64,000 nt of DNA from Longimicrobiales bacterium (GTDB lineage: Bacteria > Gemmatimonadota > Gemmatimonadetes > Longimicrobiales > Gaopeijiaceae). The notes under the pieces were generated by a model that worked only from the letters and a program-made list of their open reading frames with translations, was not told where the DNA came from and searched no databases. Positions 38,389 to 49,347 of the stretch are shown piece by piece. The DNA lies in assembly GCA_965238005.1 (NCBI GenBank), contig OZ250165.1, forward strand, positions 2,496,001 to 2,560,000. Reading direction: 5' to 3'. The position numbers and the translations under genes were made by a program. Each line of letters opens with the position of its first letter. Position 1 is the first letter of the stretch.

Positions 38389-41097
38389 ATGAGCAGCGAC
38401 CCCTTCGGCGCACTGACCAGCATCGATCTGAGGGAAGGGCTCACGTCCTTCTACCGGCTCGGTAGATTGGAGGAGACCGGCCTCGGAGACCTGGGCCGCC
38501 TCCCCTTCTCCATCCGCATCCTCCTGGAGAACGCCCTGCGCCATGCCGGCAGCAGGTACGTGGGTGAGGAGCACGTGCAGGCGGTAGCCGAGTGGAGCCC
38601 GACGAACGCGGGTGCCGACGTGCCGTTCATGCCCACACGGGTGGTGCTCCAGGACTTCACCGGCGTCCCCGCAGTGGTCGATCTTGCCGCCATGCGGGAC
38701 CGGCTCAAGGCCATGAACGGCGATCCGAACCGCATCAACCCGGTGGTCCCGGCCGACCTCGTCATCGACCACTCGGTCCAGGTCGACTACTTCGGGACCC
38801 CCGAGGCCTATCGGCAGAACGTGGAGAAGGAGTTCGAACGGAACCGGGAGCGGTACGCCCTCCTACGGTGGGCTCAGCACTCTTTCGAGGACTTCCGGGT
38901 CGTGCCGCCGGGAACGGGGATCGTGCACCAGGTGAACCTCGAGTACCTGGCGTCCGTGGTGCATCGACGGGAGGAGGGCGGCGCGTGGGTGGCCTATCCC
39001 GACACGCTCGTGGGCACCGACTCGCATACGACCATGATCAACGGGCTGGGGGTCGTGGGTTGGGGCGTGGGCGGTATCGAGGCGGAGGCCGTACTCACGG
39101 GTCAACCCTACTACATGCTGCTGCCCGAGGTGGTGGGCGTGAAGTTCACCGGTGAGCTGCCCGAGGGAGCCACGGCCACGGATCTCGTGCTCCACGTGGT
39201 GGAGATGCTACGGGCCCACGGCGTGGTGGGTCGCTTCGTCGAGTACTTCGGCCCCGGTCTCTCCAAGCTGACCCTTCCGGACCGCGCGACCCTGGCCAAC
39301 ATGTCCCCCGAATACGGTGCGACCATCGGCTTCTTCCCCGTCGATGCCGAGACCCTGTCCTACCTGACAGGATCGGGACGAAGCGAGGAGCTGGTGGAGA
39401 GGGTCGAGCGGATCAGCAAGGAGCAGGGGCTCTTCCGCACCGATCAGACACCGGATGCGGAGTACACCGACGTTCTCCACATGGACCTCTCCACGGTGGA
39501 GCCCAGCGTGGCCGGGCCGAAGCGTCCCCAGGACCGGATCGGGTTGGGCGACCTTCCCGCGGCGTTCGCCCGGGATCTCCCGACCCTCGTGCCCTCTGGG
39601 TTCCCACTAAACGGGAACGGCAAGCGGACGGTCCCCGTGGAGGTGGACGGAGAGGCGTGCGAGATCGGAGACGGCAGCATCGTCATCGCCGCCATCACCA
39701 GCTGTACCAACACATCGAACCCGACGGTCATGGTGGGGGCGGGCCTCATGGCCAAGAAGGCCGTGGAGCTGGGTCTCGAGGTGAAGCCGTGGGTGAAGCC
39801 TAGCATGGCTCCGGGATCGAAGGTGGTCAGCGACTACCTGGATGCCGCCGGCCTCAGCGACTATCTGAACCAGCTGGGGTTCGACGTGGTGGGATACGGA
39901 TGCACGACGTGCATCGGAAACTCGGGGCCCCTGGCCGGGTCCATTGGCGAAGAGGTCACGAAGCAGGGCTTGGTCGTGACGTCGATCCTCTCCGGCAATC
40001 GGAACTTCGAGGCGCGCATCCACCCCCAGGTGCGGGCGAACTACCTGTCCTCTCCCATCCTGGTCGTCGCGTACGCCCTGGCAGGACGGATCGACATCGA
40101 CTGGGCGACGGAGCCCGTAGGCCACGACCGCGACGGCCAGCCCGTCTATCTCAAGGACCTGTGGCCCAGCTCGGGGGTCATCGGCGAGACCGTGCGGTCC
40201 TGCCTCCGGCCCGAGATGTTCGAGAGCCGGTACGCCGAGGTATTCGAGGGCAACGACCTGTGGCAGGCGCTCCCCCTCCCCACCGACGAGGACAACCTCT
40301 ACGACTGGGAGGCCGATTCCACGTACATCCGGAATCCTCCCTTCTTCCAGGGCATGTCGCTGGAGGTCCCGGACCTGGCCGACGTCCACGGAGCCCGGGT
40401 CCTGGGCATCGTCGGTCATACGACGACCACGGACCACATATCCCCTGCGGGTGCGATCCCCAAGGATCAGCCCGCCGGAGCCTACCTGCAGGAGCGGGGG
40501 GTGAAGCCCTGGCAGTTCAACACCTTCGGCTCCCGGCGCGGGAACCACGAGGTGATGATGCGGGGCACCTTCGGCAACGTGCGCATCCGGAACCTCATGC
40601 TCGAAGATCGCGAGGGCGGCTACACCGTCCACATCCCCAGCGGTGAGGAGACATCCATCTTCGAAGCCTCGATGCGCTATCAGGCCGAGGGCACGCCTCT
40701 GGTGGTCCTGGCCGGGCGGGAATACGGGACGGGCAGCTCACGTGACTGGGCGGCGAAGGGTACCGCCTTGCTGGGCGTCCGAGCGGTCATCGCCGAGAGC
40801 TACGAGCGCATCCACCGGAGCAACCTGGTGGGCATGGGCGTCCTACCCCTGCAGTTCGAAGAGGGCGACAGCGCCCGATCCCTGGGTCTGACGGGCCGTG
40901 AGACGTACGACATCACGGGTGTGGCCGACGGACTGGAGCCCCACGCACGCTTGAGCGTGGTGGCCACGGCCGAGGACGGCACCGAGACGGCTTTCCAGGT
41001 GATCGCGCGCCTCGATTCGGACGTGGATGTGGAGTACTACCAGAACGGCGGAATCCTGCACACCGTGCTGCGGAGGATGGGCTCAGGGGAGATGTAG
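38389..41097 (+). CDS. acnA: Aconitate hydratase A
   Basis: RVVLQDFTGVPAVVDLAAMR, LVIDHSVQVD, VGTDSHT, ITSCTNTSNP, GCTTCIGNSG, GSSRDWAAKG. Confidence 0.97.
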   Translation: MSSDPFGALTSIDLREGLTSFYRLGRLEETGLGDLGRLPFSIRILLENALRHAGSRYVGEEHVQAVAEWSPTNAGADVPFMPTRVVLQDFTGVPAVVDLAAMRDRLKAMNGDPNRINPVVPADLVIDHSVQVDYFGTPEAYRQNVEKEFERNRERYALLRWAQHSFEDFRVVPPGTGIVHQVNLEYLASVVHRREEGGAWVAYPDTLVGTDSHTTMINGLGVVGWGVGGIEAEAVLTGQPYYMLLPEVVGVKFTGELPEGATATDLVLHVVEMLRAHGVVGRFVEYFGPGLSKLTLPDRATLANMSPEYGATIGFFPVDAETLSYLTGSGRSEELVERVERISKEQGLFRTDQTPDAEYTDVLHMDLSTVEPSVAGPKRPQDRIGLGDLPAAFARDLPTLVPSGFPLNGNGKRTVPVEVDGEACEIGDGSIVIAAITSCTNTSNPTVMVGAGLMAKKAVELGLEVKPWVKPSMAPGSKVVSDYLDAAGLSDYLNQLGFDVVGYGCTTCIGNSGPLAGSIGEEVTKQGLVVTSILSGNRNFEARIHPQVRANYLSSPILVVAYALAGRIDIDWATEPVGHDRDGQPVYLKDLWPSSGVIGETVRSCLRPEMFESRYAEVFEGNDLWQALPLPTDEDNLYDWEADSTYIRNPPFFQGMSLEVPDLADVHGARVLGIVGHTTTTDHISPAGAIPKDQPAGAYLQERGVKPWQFNTFGSRRGNHEVMMRGTFGNVRIRNLMLEDREGGYTVHIPSGEETSIFEASMRYQAEGTPLVVLAGREYGTGSSRDWAAKGTALLGVRAVIAESYERIHRSNLVGMGVLPLQFEEGDSARSLGLTGRETYDITGVADGLEPHARLSVVATAEDGTETAFQVIARLDSDVDVEYYQNGGILHTVLRRMGSGEM

Positions 41098-41112
41098 CGC
41101 TCCAGCGCGGCC

Positions 41113-41904
41113 TCAGCCCGGAGGCTCGTGATCCGAGTCCCGTAGGGACACAGGCGGGCCCAGGACCTCGGCCAGGATCACGGCCTGCCGGATGCTCTCA
41201 CGACCTCCGTGTGTCAAGGTCCGGCGTACACTTCGCCCTTTCCGGGGCTTTCGAGAAACCCGACCCGGGTCTTCATCCGGGCCCGGCTCGCCTACGGCCT
41301 CGGCCGGCTCCGCCATCCCCCGCGAAATAGCCCGCTCGGGCACAGGCGGGGCGGAACGAGTGACCGCTCTTTCTTCGGTGCGGGCAAGCCGGTCGTCGTC
41401 CCAGATGAGAGGCTCGGCTCCCGCGCCGGGCGCCGTCGGGTACGCCGGGTCCTCCTCCGAGGCCCACTCCACGTGACGGTGATCCTCCACGTGCTGATGC
41501 TCGGGCCTCAGAGAGGTCTCCTCAGGCTCGGGCGCCCTCGCAGGCGCGGTGCGCTCGAACCCGGACGGAGTCCCACGGGGAGCGGGATCACCGTACGCCG
41601 GACGACCCTCGGCCCCGGGAACCCGCCTGGGGGGTAACGGCCTCGAAGCCGAGGGAGGGCCTCCCCTGGCCAGGGCGGCGATCTCCTCCCAGAGCTCGTC
41701 GGGGACCATCCCCTCGGACGTCTGCCCTCTGGACTCCCGCTCGGCCTTCATCGACTGGTGCTCACCTACGTCCAGAGCGCCCTCCCCTCGCCCAACCGTG
41801 CCGCGGCGCTGGGCCTCCTGGCGCTTCTTCCGGGCCGCACTGTCCATCATCGCGATGATGATGAAGAACGCGATGACCAAAATCTGGATCAGGCCTTCGT
41901 CCAT
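41113..41904 (-). CDS. Hypothetical membrane-anchored protein (YqfB-like position after floA)
   Basis: N-terminal transmembrane helix, low-complexity middle, C-terminal IRQAVILAEVLGPP. Confidence 0.7.
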   Translation of the reverse strand: MDEGLIQILVIAFFIIIAMMDSAARKKRQEAQRRGTVGRGEGALDVGEHQSMKAERESRGQTSEGMVPDELWEEIAALARGGPPSASRPLPPRRVPGAEGRPAYGDPAPRGTPSGFERTAPARAPEPEETSLRPEHQHVEDHRHVEWASEEDPAYPTAPGAGAEPLIWDDDRLARTEERAVTRSAPPVPERAISRGMAEPAEAVGEPGPDEDPGRVSRKPRKGRSVRRTLTHGGRESIRQAVILAEVLGPPVSLRDSDHEPPG

Positions 41905-41937
41905 GAGAGCGTCCTCGAGAGAGTCTGGAGAGCCGCG

Positions 41938-42927
41938 CTAGGCCAACGGCTCGCTGTCCTCGTCGTCCCCGCCGGCAATGGCTTTCCGCATGGAGGTGTC
42001 GGACTGGATGTTGTCGTAGCGCACATAGTCCATGACGCCCATGTGGCCCTGGCGGAAGGCGTCCGCCAAAGCCAGGGGCACCTGCGCCTCGGCCTTCACC
42101 AGATCCGCCCGCATCTCCTGGACCTTGGCCTTCATCTCCTGCTCGAGGGCCACGGCCATGGCCCGCCGCTCCTCAGCCCGGGCCTGGGCGACCCTCTTGT
42201 CGGCGTCGGCCTGATGGGTTTGGAGGTCGGCCCCGATGTTCTTGCCGACGTCCACGTCGGCGATGTCGATGGAGAGGATCTCGAAGGCGGTTCCCGAGTC
42301 GAGTCCCTTGGCCAGCACCGTCTTGGAGATGTCGTCCGGGTTCTCGAGAACTTCCTTGTGGGAGTCGGCGGAGCCGATGGACGACACGATGCCCTCACCC
42401 ACGCGAGCGAGGATGGTGTCCTCGCCGGCGCCACCCACCAGCCGGTTGATGTTGGCCCGAACGGTGACCCGGGCCTGGGCGATGAGCTGGATGCCGTCCT
42501 TGGCCATGGCCGCCACCTTGGGCGTGTTGATCACCTTGGGGTTCACCGAGACCTGCACGGCCTCGAAGACGTCCCGGCCGGCGAGGTCGATGGCGGCGGC
42601 CTGCTGGAACCCCATCTCGATGTTCGCCTTGTCGGCGCTGATGAGGGCCCGGACGACGCGATCGACCTGCCCTCCCGCCAGGTAGTGGGCCTCCAGGTCG
42701 TCGACGTTGAGCGGAATACCCGCCTTGGTCGCCCAGATCAGGGGGCGCACGACCGCCGGAGGGCTCACCTTGCGAAGGCGCATCCCCACCAGGTAGCCGA
42801 TGCTCAGCCTCACGCCGGCCGAGATCGCCTCGATCCACAGGCGCACGGGCACGGCCCAGGCGACGATGGAGATGAAAATGACCGCCCCGAAGAGGACGAA
42901 CAGGCTGAAGATGTCGAGCTGCTGCAT
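41938..42927 (-). CDS. floA: Flotillin-like protein FloA (YqfA)
   Basis: [54 protein letters not shown]. Confidence 0.95.
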   Translation of the reverse strand: MQQLDIFSLFVLFGAVIFISIVAWAVPVRLWIEAISAGVRLSIGYLVGMRLRKVSPPAVVRPLIWATKAGIPLNVDDLEAHYLAGGQVDRVVRALISADKANIEMGFQQAAAIDLAGRDVFEAVQVSVNPKVINTPKVAAMAKDGIQLIAQARVTVRANINRLVGGAGEDTILARVGEGIVSSIGSADSHKEVLENPDDISKTVLAKGLDSGTAFEILSIDIADVDVGKNIGADLQTHQADADKRVAQARAEERRAMAVALEQEMKAKVQEMRADLVKAEAQVPLALADAFRQGHMGVMDYVRYDNIQSDTSMRKAIAGGDDEDSEPLA

Positions 42928-43002
42928 CGAACGATCCTTTCAGTGAACCCGGGCGGCCGGCGGGTCGCGCCCCGCCGGCCGCCTCAGGGTCGTGTCCTTG
43001 CG

Positions 43003-44370
43003 TTATTCTTCCTCGGCGGCCACGGGTCGGACCTGATCGGCCACGGGTCGGACGACGTGACGGTATCCCTCCGCGGCCACGATGCGCACCGGCGTCCCCT
43101 GCTCGATCCACTCCGACTCCGAGACGACATCGATGCGCTCATCGTCGAACAGTCCGACCCCCGAGGGCCTCAGATCCGTAATGGCGACACCCTCCCGATC
43201 GACGAGCTCAGGACGCGTCTCGGCCGACTCGTACCCGATGGCCTTGTCCGTCCGGGTACCGAGGAAGATCCCCGTGCGGTATAGCCGCGTGCCCTTGGGA
43301 AGGTACCGAAGGAGCGCCCAGGCTGTGACCAGAAGGAGCAGCAGGGTCGTGCTGAGCACCCCCCCTGCCCTGCTGAAGTCCTCCACGGTGGGCAGGCTGC
43401 CCAGGAGGCTCATATAGATCCCCGCCCCCATACCGACGATGCCCAGCAGCCCGAAGAACCCGAAGCCCGGGATGAGCATGACCTCGGCGGCCAGGAACAG
43501 CACGCCGGCGCCGAAGACCAGAAGGTCCTCCCAGCCGGCCAATCCCAGAATCAGGTGAGATCCGAAGAACAGCGACAGCGACAGGAGTCCAGCGGCTCCC
43601 GCGAGTCCCACGGTCGGCGTCTTGATCTCGATGATGAGCCCCAGGAAGCCCAGCGACAGAAGGAAGGGAGCCACCACCGGATGCGAGAAGAAGCGGACGA
43701 GGCGCTCGGCCCAGTTGACCTCCAGGTCCTGCACTGCAGCACCGGAGAGCTCCAGATCGTCCAATAGGGTGTTGAAGTCTTCCGTCTCCCGGGCGTATCC
43801 CAGCCCTACGGCCTCTTCGGTGGTGAGGGTGAGGAGCTTTCCGGCTTCCACCACGTCGGGGATGGCCAGGGATTCGTCCACCATGGCCTCCGCCACCGCT
43901 GGGTCCAGACCTCGGGCTTCGGCCAGGGCGCGCATCTCACTCCGCATGGCGGAGACGATCTTCTCGGAGGCCTTTTTTCCCGCCCCGTCCACCGGGGTGA
44001 CGGCCCCCATCACGGAGCCGGGCCTCATGTAGATGCCCTGAGTAGCCAGAGAGATCAGAGCTCCCGCCGAGAAGGCGCGACGATTCACGAAAGCGTAGAC
44101 CGGAACCTGCGCGTCGGCGATGGCATCCGCGATGCGCTCCGCCGCGTCCACCCGACCACCGGGCGTGTCGATGTCCAACACGATGGCTCGGGCGCCGGCT
44201 GCCTCGGCCTCTCGGATGGCGCGCTCGATGAAGGGCGCGAGCCCGAGCTCGATGATCCCGCTCACGGGCACCCGGAAGACGGCGCCCCCCGCCTGGCCGA
44301 GGGCCATCGAGGGGAAGCCCAGCACCCCCCCGAGCACCACGGCCGCAATGGTGCGGATTATCCGCGACAT
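43003..44370 (-). CDS. nfeD: NfeD family membrane-bound serine protease
   Basis: IDTPGGRVDAA, AFSAGALI, GKLLTLT, C-terminal TDLRPSG OB fold; directly upstream of floA. Confidence 0.9.
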   Translation of the reverse strand: MSRIIRTIAAVVLGGVLGFPSMALGQAGGAVFRVPVSGIIELGLAPFIERAIREAEAAGARAIVLDIDTPGGRVDAAERIADAIADAQVPVYAFVNRRAFSAGALISLATQGIYMRPGSVMGAVTPVDGAGKKASEKIVSAMRSEMRALAEARGLDPAVAEAMVDESLAIPDVVEAGKLLTLTTEEAVGLGYARETEDFNTLLDDLELSGAAVQDLEVNWAERLVRFFSHPVVAPFLLSLGFLGLIIEIKTPTVGLAGAAGLLSLSLFFGSHLILGLAGWEDLLVFGAGVLFLAAEVMLIPGFGFFGLLGIVGMGAGIYMSLLGSLPTVEDFSRAGGVLSTTLLLLLVTAWALLRYLPKGTRLYRTGIFLGTRTDKAIGYESAETRPELVDREGVAITDLRPSGVGLFDDERIDVVSESEWIEQGTPVRIVAAEGYRHVVRPVADQVRPVAAEEE

Positions 44371-44523
44371 GTCTCTTCTCCCCCGGAGCTTTGCGCTTCC
44401 CCCGGAGCTATGGGCTCTGACGGACACACTTAACGTACGACGGGAAGCCTGCTCTCACAAAGCAGAGCCAACCCCCCCCCCCGAGTACTGAGGAGGCGGG
44501 CTCGTCGACCACGGCGGCTACCG

Positions 44524-45261
44524 CTAGTCGGGCGGCTCTACCCCCAGGAGGAGGCAAGCGTAGTATGACCCGCGGATCGCCCGGGCGTAATCACCGTCGT
44601 GGATCGCTTCTCGAGCCACGTCGATGAGCCGCTCTGCCCGCCCCTGCATCTGCTCCGAGTACGGGTCATCGGCGGAAATCCTTCTCATCCCCCCCTCGGC
44701 AGATGCCAGCAGCTGAGCGGCCACGTGGGGTGGAGTCACTTCCAGGAGATAGTCGGAGGCCCGGAGGGCCGCAGCGAGAGACGATGCACCTTCGCGCTCC
44801 TCCGCCAGGATCCATGCCCTCGTCAACATCTCACGAGCCGAATCCAGACTGCGACTCAGCCGCTCCGGCATACCGATGGCGGAGAGTTGGTCGACCCGGG
44901 CCAGGGTCGAATCCATGTCGACCAGGAGCTTCTGCAAGGCGCCTTCGCGGAGGCGTCCGAAGAGACCCGGCACCGCGTCGTCGTAAACCAGGGCGCGTAG
45001 CGCCCTTCCCTCCCGCGCTGGTAACTCCCAGGAGTCCTCCCACCGCGTAACCGGTACCTCGTCGAGAATGCCTCCGGATTCGACCCATACGTCCGTGAGG
45101 CGGGGCACGGCCCCGCCGAAGTCGAGAGCGGCACGGGTCTCCCGCGCCATGAGGGCCGCCATGGGATCGGACACCGCGTCGGCGCACGCCCCGGCCACAA
45201 TCATCGCCACCAGAAGAAAGGGTAGCGTTCGGGTACGAGAGGGAATGGAGTCGACTGTCAT
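44524..45261 (-). CDS. Hypothetical helical lipoprotein
   Basis: Signal with AGAC lipobox; 245-aa ORF, no recognised family. Confidence 0.6.
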   Translation of the reverse strand: MTVDSIPSRTRTLPFLLVAMIVAGACADAVSDPMAALMARETRAALDFGGAVPRLTDVWVESGGILDEVPVTRWEDSWELPAREGRALRALVYDDAVPGLFGRLREGALQKLLVDMDSTLARVDQLSAIGMPERLSRSLDSAREMLTRAWILAEEREGASSLAAALRASDYLLEVTPPHVAAQLLASAEGGMRRISADDPYSEQMQGRAERLIDVAREAIHDGDYARAIRGSYYACLLLGVEPPD

Positions 45262-45429
45262 TGTTCCAAGCTATCCAAGACCGGTCATCCGAATCAATTC
45301 TCGGAGCGGCGTCATATCCTCTCGGGCGGCTCGTCACCCGTCCGCCACACCGGGATCGGGATCCGGTTGACCCTCCTCAAAGCCCTGGGTAGCTACTCGT
45401 TCGAACGCTCGTCCGAACTGGATGTTTCC

Positions 45430-45692
45430 CCAGATATACCTTCGACACGGTCAATCCGGCCACGGATGAGTCGATGGCATCCGTGGCCGAGGGCGCGGAA
45501 GCCGACATCGAGCGGGCCGCAGCGGTTCGGGGCGCCACCACGGGCACCTTCGTCACGGCCACCGTCTTCGCGGATGTGGACGCCGACATGCAGATCGCCC
45601 AGGAGGAGATCTTCGGCCGCGACCTCGGGTATCCGGCCGTCCTCGACAAGTGTACCCACACCAAAAGCGTCTGGGTTGCGCTGGATCGGTGA
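45430..45692 (+). pseudogene. Aldehyde dehydrogenase remnant with internal deletions
   Basis: TFDTVNPATDE, AEADIERAA, TVFADVDADMQIAQEEIFG and RDLG...THTKSVWV sit within ~260 nt. Confidence 0.75.
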
Positions 45693-45697
45693 GCGGA

Positions 45698-46668
45698 ATG
45701 AAGGCGGCATGGATCATTGATGCCGTGCGCACCCCGATCGGCAGGCACGGGGGCGCGCTGGCCGGCGTCCGGCCCGACGATCTCGCGGCGCACGCCATCC
45801 GTGCGCTCGTGGGCCGGACGGGTGTGGACCCGGCGGAAGTGGACGACGTCCTCATGGGGTGCATCAACCAGGCGGGCGAGGACAACCGCAACGTCGCGCG
45901 CATGGCGCTCCTCCTGGCCGGACTCCCCGTCAGCGTGCCGGGGGTCACGGTCAATCGACTGTGCGGCTCGGGCCTGCAGGCAGTGAACTCGGCCTTTCAG
46001 GCCATCCAGGCGGGTGAAGGAGAGATCTTCGTCGCCGGTGGTGTGGAGAGCATGAGCCGCTCGCCCTTCGTGATGCTCAAGCCCGAGCGCGCGTACGCCA
46101 GAGGGCATCCCCAGACCGCCGACACGGTTCTGGGGTGGCGCTTCACGAACCCGGCCCTGCCCAGCCACTGGACCATCGGCCTCGGCGAGACCGCGGAGGT
46201 GGTGGCCGAGGAGTTCGGCATCGGCCGAGACGAGCAGGACGCCTTCGCCGCCGAAAGTCAGAGGCGGGCGGGAGAGGCCACGGAGGCGGGCCGCTTTGCC
46301 GCCGAGATCGCTCCGGTGGAGCTTCCCCAGCGGAAGGGTGACCCCCTGGTCGTCGACGGGGACGAGCACCCCCGACCCGGCACCACCGTCGAGGATCTTG
46401 CTCGGCTGCATCCGGTGTTCAAGTAGGACGTGGGGGCCGGCGACCTCGACCTGGTCGAGCTCAACGAGGCCTTCGCCGCCCAGGCGCTTCCCTGTGTGAA
46501 GGAGCTCGATCTGGATCCGGCAAGGGTGCACGTGAACGGGGGGGCCATCGCCCTCGGGCATCCCGTGGGTTGCTCTGGAGCCCACATCCTTACAACCCTT
46601 GTGCATGAGATGTCGAGACGCGAGGCCGCAACGGGAATGGCCACGATGTGCATCGGTGTCGGCCAGGG
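45698..46668 (+). pseudogene. Acetyl-CoA C-acyltransferase (thiolase, PaaJ/PcaF-like), disrupted
   Basis: DAVRTPIG, NRLCGSG; TAG at 46424 with a segment missing, then [24 protein letters not shown]. Confidence 0.85.
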
Positions 46669-47315
46669 ACGATCCGGACATCAAGGTGGCCATCATCCAC
46701 GGACAGGGTGACAAAGCCTTCACCGCCGGAGCGGACGTCTCCGAATTCGCGTCACGGACGGCGGCGGAGCAGCGCGAGCTCTACCAGCACCCACGGGTGT
46801 ACGACGTGGCGGCGGCCTTCGCCAAACCCTTGATCGCCGCGATCCACGGATTCTGCGTCGGCGGCGGGTGCGAGCTGGCACTGGCCTGCGACGTCCGGGT
46901 GGCCGACCGGACCACCCGGTTCAGTCAGGCCGAGATCCGCCTTGGCCTAATTCCCGGGGCGGGCGGAACCCAGCGCCTCGCCCGGCTGGTGGGAGCGGGT
47001 CAGGCAATGCGCATCGCCCTCACCGGCGACTTCATCGACGCCGAGGAGGCGTTCCGCATCGGGCTGGTGGAGTTCCTGGTCGACGACGGCCAGCACGTGG
47101 AGAAAGCCCGCGAGCTGGGCAGCCGCATGGCACGCTGGAGCCCCGTGGCCCTGCGCCTGGTCAAGCAGTCCGTAAAGGCCGCCCTCGAGACCCCCCTCTC
47201 CGCCGGGCTGGAATTGGAGCGGGAGCTCTTCCTGTCGGCCTTCGCCAGTGAGGACGGACGCGAGGGCGTGCAGGCATTCGTGGAGAAGCGGAAGCCCGAG
47301 TTCAAGGGCCGATGA
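46667..47315 (+). pseudogene. Enoyl-CoA hydratase/isomerase, 5'-truncated
   Basis: AFTAGADV, IHGFCVGGGCELALACD, PGAGGTQRL; the N-terminal part is missing and it abuts the thiolase end. Confidence 0.75.
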
Positions 47316-47524
47316 AGCCGCGGGCGGTCCGTACGGCCGTGGTCGCCTTCCTGATCGTGGACGGCGTCCTCGGCATGTGGCCCGGCCTGGTGCCCTTCAA
47401 TAGTATCCGCCCGCTCGTCCTGGGCCTTCCGTTCGTCATGGCCTGGCTGACTCTTCTGCTCATCCTGGTCGGGGTGGCCCTCCTGGTGATGGAGCTGGCC
47501 GAGCGACGGGCCGGCGACAGGTAG
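47312..47524 (+). CDS. Small membrane protein (DUF3311-like symporter partner)
   Basis: Two transmembrane segments, FNSIRPLVLGLPFVMAW, directly upstream of an SSS gene. Confidence 0.7.
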   Translation: MKPRAVRTAVVAFLIVDGVLGMWPGLVPFNSIRPLVLGLPFVMAWLTLLLILVGVALLVMELAERRAGDR

Positions 47525-47530
47525 GCCCTC

Positions 47531-49012
47531 ATGGAGCGCTGGCAGGTCGTTTCCTCCGTCATCGGCATCTATCTGCTGATCACCCTGATCATCGGGCTCA
47601 GGGCCGGTCGCAGGAGCACCAAGAGCGTCCAGGGGTTCGTAGCCGGGGACCGGAGCTTCGGGCTCCTGGTCTTCTACTTCGTCACCGGCGCGAGCGTCTA
47701 TTCCGCCTTCGCATTCCTGGGTGGGCCCGGATGGGCATACGGAAGAGGCGCCGCGGCGTTCTACATCCTCTCCTACGGCGCTCTGGGGATGGCACCCTGG
47801 TACTGGGTGGGACCGAAGGTGGCGGGTCTCGGTCGACGGTTCGGCTTCGTCACACAGGCCCAGCTCATCGTGGGGCGCTTTCCGTCCCGGGGACTGTCGG
47901 TCCTGATCGCGTCCCTCACCCTCATAGCCTTCGTGCCCTACATCACGCTCCAGATGCGCGGCGCCGGGATCGTCATCGAGGCGGTGACGGAGGGGCACGT
48001 GCCGCTGGCCCTGGGGGCGGCTCTGGCCTACGCCATCGTCATCATCTACGTGCTGGGAAGCGGGATGATGGCCGTGGGGTGGACCAACACCTTCCAGGGT
48101 GTGTTCATGCTGATCATCGCCTGGACCCTGGGACTCTACCTGCCCTTCCACCTCTACGGGGGTGTGGGCGCCATGTTCGAACGCATCGCCGCGGAGCGGC
48201 CGGAGCTCCTCACCGTGCCGGGCCTAACGGCCGGAGGTGAAGCCTGGACCTGGGGCGGATATTCGACGGCCATTCTCGTGAGCGTCATCGGCCTCCAGAT
48301 GTGGCCTCACCTGTTCATGAAGGCGTTCACGGCCCGGGACGATGACATCATCCGGAAGACGGCCATCCTCTTCCCCACCTTCCAGCTCTTCCTGGTTCCC
48401 GTCTTCCTCATCGGCTTCGCCGGCGTGCTCTTTCCCGAGCGTCCCCCCACCGACGACTTCATCCTGCCGTTCATGGTGCTGAGAACCGACCTACCCGCCC
48501 TCGTGGTGGGGCTGTTCTGCGCCGGGGCGCTGTCCGCATCCATGAGCACGGGAGACGCGCTCCTGCACGGAGCGGCGTCGGTGGCGGTGGAGGACGGGGT
48601 GCGCCCGTTCGTACCCCTGACCGATGCGCAGCAGCGACTCCTCATGCGCGTCTTGATCGTTGCGGTGGGCGCGGTGGCATACGTTTTCGCACTCGACGAC
48701 CAGGGCTCTCTGGTCGGGCTACTCCTGGGCTCGTACGGCATCATCTGCCAGCTGGCCCCCACCGTGCTTGCCGCCCTCTACTGGCGGCGGGCCACTACGA
48801 CCGGGGCCCTGCTGGGGCTCCTGGCGGGGTCGGCCACGGCCGTATTCTTCTTCGTGAACGGGTCCCTGAGACCTCTGGACCTGCACGAGGGGATCCTGGG
48901 ATTGTTGGTCCACGTGCCCACGCTGATTCTTGTGAGTCTGGCCACCGCGCCGCAGGATGGAGAGCACACTTTCGAGTTCGTCGAAGGCCCACCCCTGGAG
49001 TCATCCTCATGA
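47531..49012 (+). CDS. Sodium:solute symporter family protein
   Basis: FVAGDRSFG, YSAFAFLGGPG, ALSASMST. Confidence 0.9.
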   Translation: MERWQVVSSVIGIYLLITLIIGLRAGRRSTKSVQGFVAGDRSFGLLVFYFVTGASVYSAFAFLGGPGWAYGRGAAAFYILSYGALGMAPWYWVGPKVAGLGRRFGFVTQAQLIVGRFPSRGLSVLIASLTLIAFVPYITLQMRGAGIVIEAVTEGHVPLALGAALAYAIVIIYVLGSGMMAVGWTNTFQGVFMLIIAWTLGLYLPFHLYGGVGAMFERIAAERPELLTVPGLTAGGEAWTWGGYSTAILVSVIGLQMWPHLFMKAFTARDDDIIRKTAILFPTFQLFLVPVFLIGFAGVLFPERPPTDDFILPFMVLRTDLPALVVGLFCAGALSASMSTGDALLHGAASVAVEDGVRPFVPLTDAQQRLLMRVLIVAVGAVAYVFALDDQGSLVGLLLGSYGIICQLAPTVLAALYWRRATTTGALLGLLAGSATAVFFFVNGSLRPLDLHEGILGLLVHVPTLILVSLATAPQDGEHTFEFVEGPPLESSS

Positions 49013-49320
49013 GCGACGACACGTCACATGGAGACGGCGATCCGGCGCCCCATGCCGAGCTGGACGAGCTGCGGGACCGCATCATGGAGCTGGACGACGA
49101 GATCATCCGGTTTATCGGCGAGCGCCGCACGCTCGCCGTGGAGATCGGTCGTGTGAAGCAGGAGCTGGGTCTTCCGGTACTGGATCCTGCCCGCGAAGCT
49201 CGGGTCGTGCGCCGCGTCGCGGAGAGGGCTCGGAAGCTGGGCGTGGATCCGGAGCTCGCCCGGGACGTGATCTGGCGGATCATCTCGGCCGCCCGCCAAG
49301 CCCAGAGTGGAGAGCCTTAG
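49009..49320 (+). CDS. Chorismate mutase (type II, AroQ-like)
   Basis: LDELRDRIMELDDEI...ERRTLAVEIGRVK...VLDPARE. Confidence 0.85.
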   Translation: MSDDTSHGDGDPAPHAELDELRDRIMELDDEIIRFIGERRTLAVEIGRVKQELGLPVLDPAREARVVRRVAERARKLGVDPELARDVIWRIISAARQAQSGEP

Positions 49321-49347
49321 CCCACGAGCCTCACTAGCCCGCAGGCG

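Noticed and set aside
41758..43284. Long antisense ORFs (also 51405..52925, 15064..16218, 47000..48151)
   Set aside because: These are shadow frames opposite well-supported genes, as expected in high-GC DNA.
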